Assembly (NCBI GenBank): GCA_010909165.1
Contig: MU008154.1
Coordinates: forward strand, 1,043,478 to 1,107,477
Length of the DNA: 64,000 bases
Reading direction: 5' to 3'
Source: Anthoceros angustus
Taxonomy: Eukaryota > Plantae > Anthocerotophyta
In this document: positions 61,991 to 64,000 of the stretch, piece after piece
Position numbering within the stretch: position 1 is the first letter of the stretch
Layout: each line of letters begins with the position of its first letter
Notes under the pieces: model-generated
What the model was told of the DNA's origin: nothing
What the model saw: only the letters and a program-made list of their open reading frames with translations
The model's database searches: none
Position numbers and translations under genes: made by a program

Positions 61991-64000
61991 CATAAACCGT
62001 AGGATATGTTTTCATCTAGGCTGAAAAAATCTCAACTCAGGTGCACATATAGCACAATACTTTAACTTAAAGATATCTATCAAACACACACACAAAAACT
62101 ATAAAAATATTTGTGTGCATTATTTTTATTTAACCAAAAAAATATATCAACTTCGTTGCATATATAACATATGCTTTAATTTAAAGATATCTATCAAACA
62201 AACACACACACTAAGATATATATTTATCTGCATTTTTATTTTTAGCAAAACAAAACATCAACCTTTGTACATATAGTAGAAAAGAAGATTTTACTATTAA
62301 AAAAATGGAAAAAACCATCCATCCCAAAAACAAAGGGAAACATATAAGCACTTGTAGGGTCCACAATATAGTTGATGGATTGTCCCTTATGTATGGAATA
62401 CCAGTCTGGTCTGCAGGGAGGCGTGTGTGTGACTTTCTTTTTCGGCGTCTGGTATGGGAATATGCCATGGTATCTTTTAGATACTTATGTACAATACACA
62501 TATAATATATGTGCCACATCGACACGTGCGTTGATGCAGCGGGCAAAAACTTTGTATCCTGCGTTCATAGGCACTGGTGTTCGATTGTGCCATCTGAGAT
62601 GTATTCTTTAGGGTTTCGGTCCCATCAACACACATACATGTTAAACATGTGGGCAAGACATACATACACAAATTTTAGTTAAGTATGGCCCGTGTGCACT
62701 GAGTTCCCATTTGCTCAAGGCCTCGATCTCGCGGTCCTAAGCTTTTCGCCTCGCTCTCGCTCTAGCATTTGTCAGGCGCTCGCTCTAGCATGCGGCGATC
62801 TCGCTCTCGCATACATCTAGCGCGACCATCGGTAGAATATGCATGCTCTGTCGGGAACTGATTCGGCATCTCATGGCATGAACATGCCATGTGTAGTCCA
62901 ACGAGCATGCTCCTGATCGAAACAGTTCGGCAGCGGCATCTCATGGCATGGACATGCCGTACATGTAGTCAAGCCACTTTGGTATGCCCCTTGCATGCAG
63001 CAGCAGGTTACAAGCATTGTATGTATGCGACTATTTTCATGAAATCCCTTCTACATTGGTCTTTCTGGTACAAGCTTGTTTGGGAGTAGTTGGTGCTATG
63101 TGGCACCCGTAAGCGACGAGCCTAGGAAGCGTTGCAGCCATATGTGATGCGAGCAACACCTGCGACCTTGCCGTGAGCAAGCAGCGCGCCCGCCGCAAAT
63201 ACGATGATGATTGCAAGCGCAAAACCCAGTGCATATGATAAGCGCGGCCTTCTTGCAACCAAGCAGACCCTAACAAATTATGGATGCCGCGATTCGCGGA
63301 CATGATATATTATGGCGAGCCCGTAATGGCGCGGCAGCGCAAATGACCTTCAACGCAACCCTAACCCCAAAGAAGAAAAATTTACGATTAGTGTAGAATC
63401 ATTTTGTGTACCATGGGATAGGTTCACCACATCGTGCATGACATGCGAAATAGTTTCGCCATTATGCGGGGACTATTCTTTCGTGATGCGGCGTGACCCG
63501 ATTATGGAATCTGCGATCCGTCACTAGCGGGGTGTGTGTGACAAGTTTTTTCTTCTGTATTCTACATGAAGATGCGCATCTTCAAGATTCCTTCATCACA
63601 TACGCGCCCGTTAGCGGACGGGGCGTAAGCGCCACGATTTTGTCTCGGGAACTTGCCTATAGGTGTTCGATCTAAGTCATCCACTTTTCTTTACGCCATT
63701 TAGGATTTATGCTCAAACACACATACTCATGTTTTGGGGTTTTCCTGCACACATGGACACATATATCGGATCGGACATGTCTCGGCCCGGTGAAAGCCCC
63801 GTGTGGGCATGCTAGTCGTTCAAGGCTGCGTTTCCCTTTCTCACCGTCGCGTGGCCGGATGTTAGCCTCGAACATGCTCGATCCGGTGTGTTACATCCTT
63901 TTGGCATATAGCGCCAAAATGCAATCGCCGCGGCGCCTAGCGGTGGCGTACATGGCGCCTCAGGCTACGACCACAAGGCTGTATGGCTGCAGGCGTGGCG

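Noticed and set aside
62211-63875. Scattered short ORFs at the window end
   Set aside because: No domain motifs or coherent exon structure; probably TE-derived non-coding sequence.

Overview
Eukaryotic nuclear DNA from a streptophyte plant. Short 60-150 bp spliceosomal introns and the gene and transposon content suggest a bryophyte-grade lineage such as a hornwort (inference). Layout: (i) 1-5.5 kb holds the 5' end of pTAC2 (missing from the ORF track), an intronless G-patch Spp2/MOS2-family gene and eIF3i. (ii) 3.7-20.2 kb is a tandem array of three eIF3i copies. Each spacer holds a GC-rich TE segment with a 27-bp repeat array, an RLE-type (CRE-like) non-LTR retrotransposon and a GT47 pseudo-fragment; the middle unit looks chimeric and may be partly a long-read assembly artefact. 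(iii) 20.3-44.3 kb is a nested TE island: a MITE with a 6-bp TSD, a Harbinger relic, a decayed ParB-like plus beta-class N6/N4 DNA-methyltransferase gene head-to-head with a Sola-like (DUF7869-type) transposase, a 10.4-kb CACTA element inserted in that transposase, and an LTR-like relic. (iv) 44.3-59.8 kb holds intact genes: exostosin/GT47, two NPF transporters, an ABRE-preceded LEA-like protein and an RBR E3 ligase. (v) 60-64 kb holds repeats and a second, diverged CRE fragment. The most interesting candidate system is the ParB-MTase gene paired with the Sola-like transposase. It is visible only by stitching reading frames across frameshifts. All family assignments come from manual motif recognition; no database searches were run.
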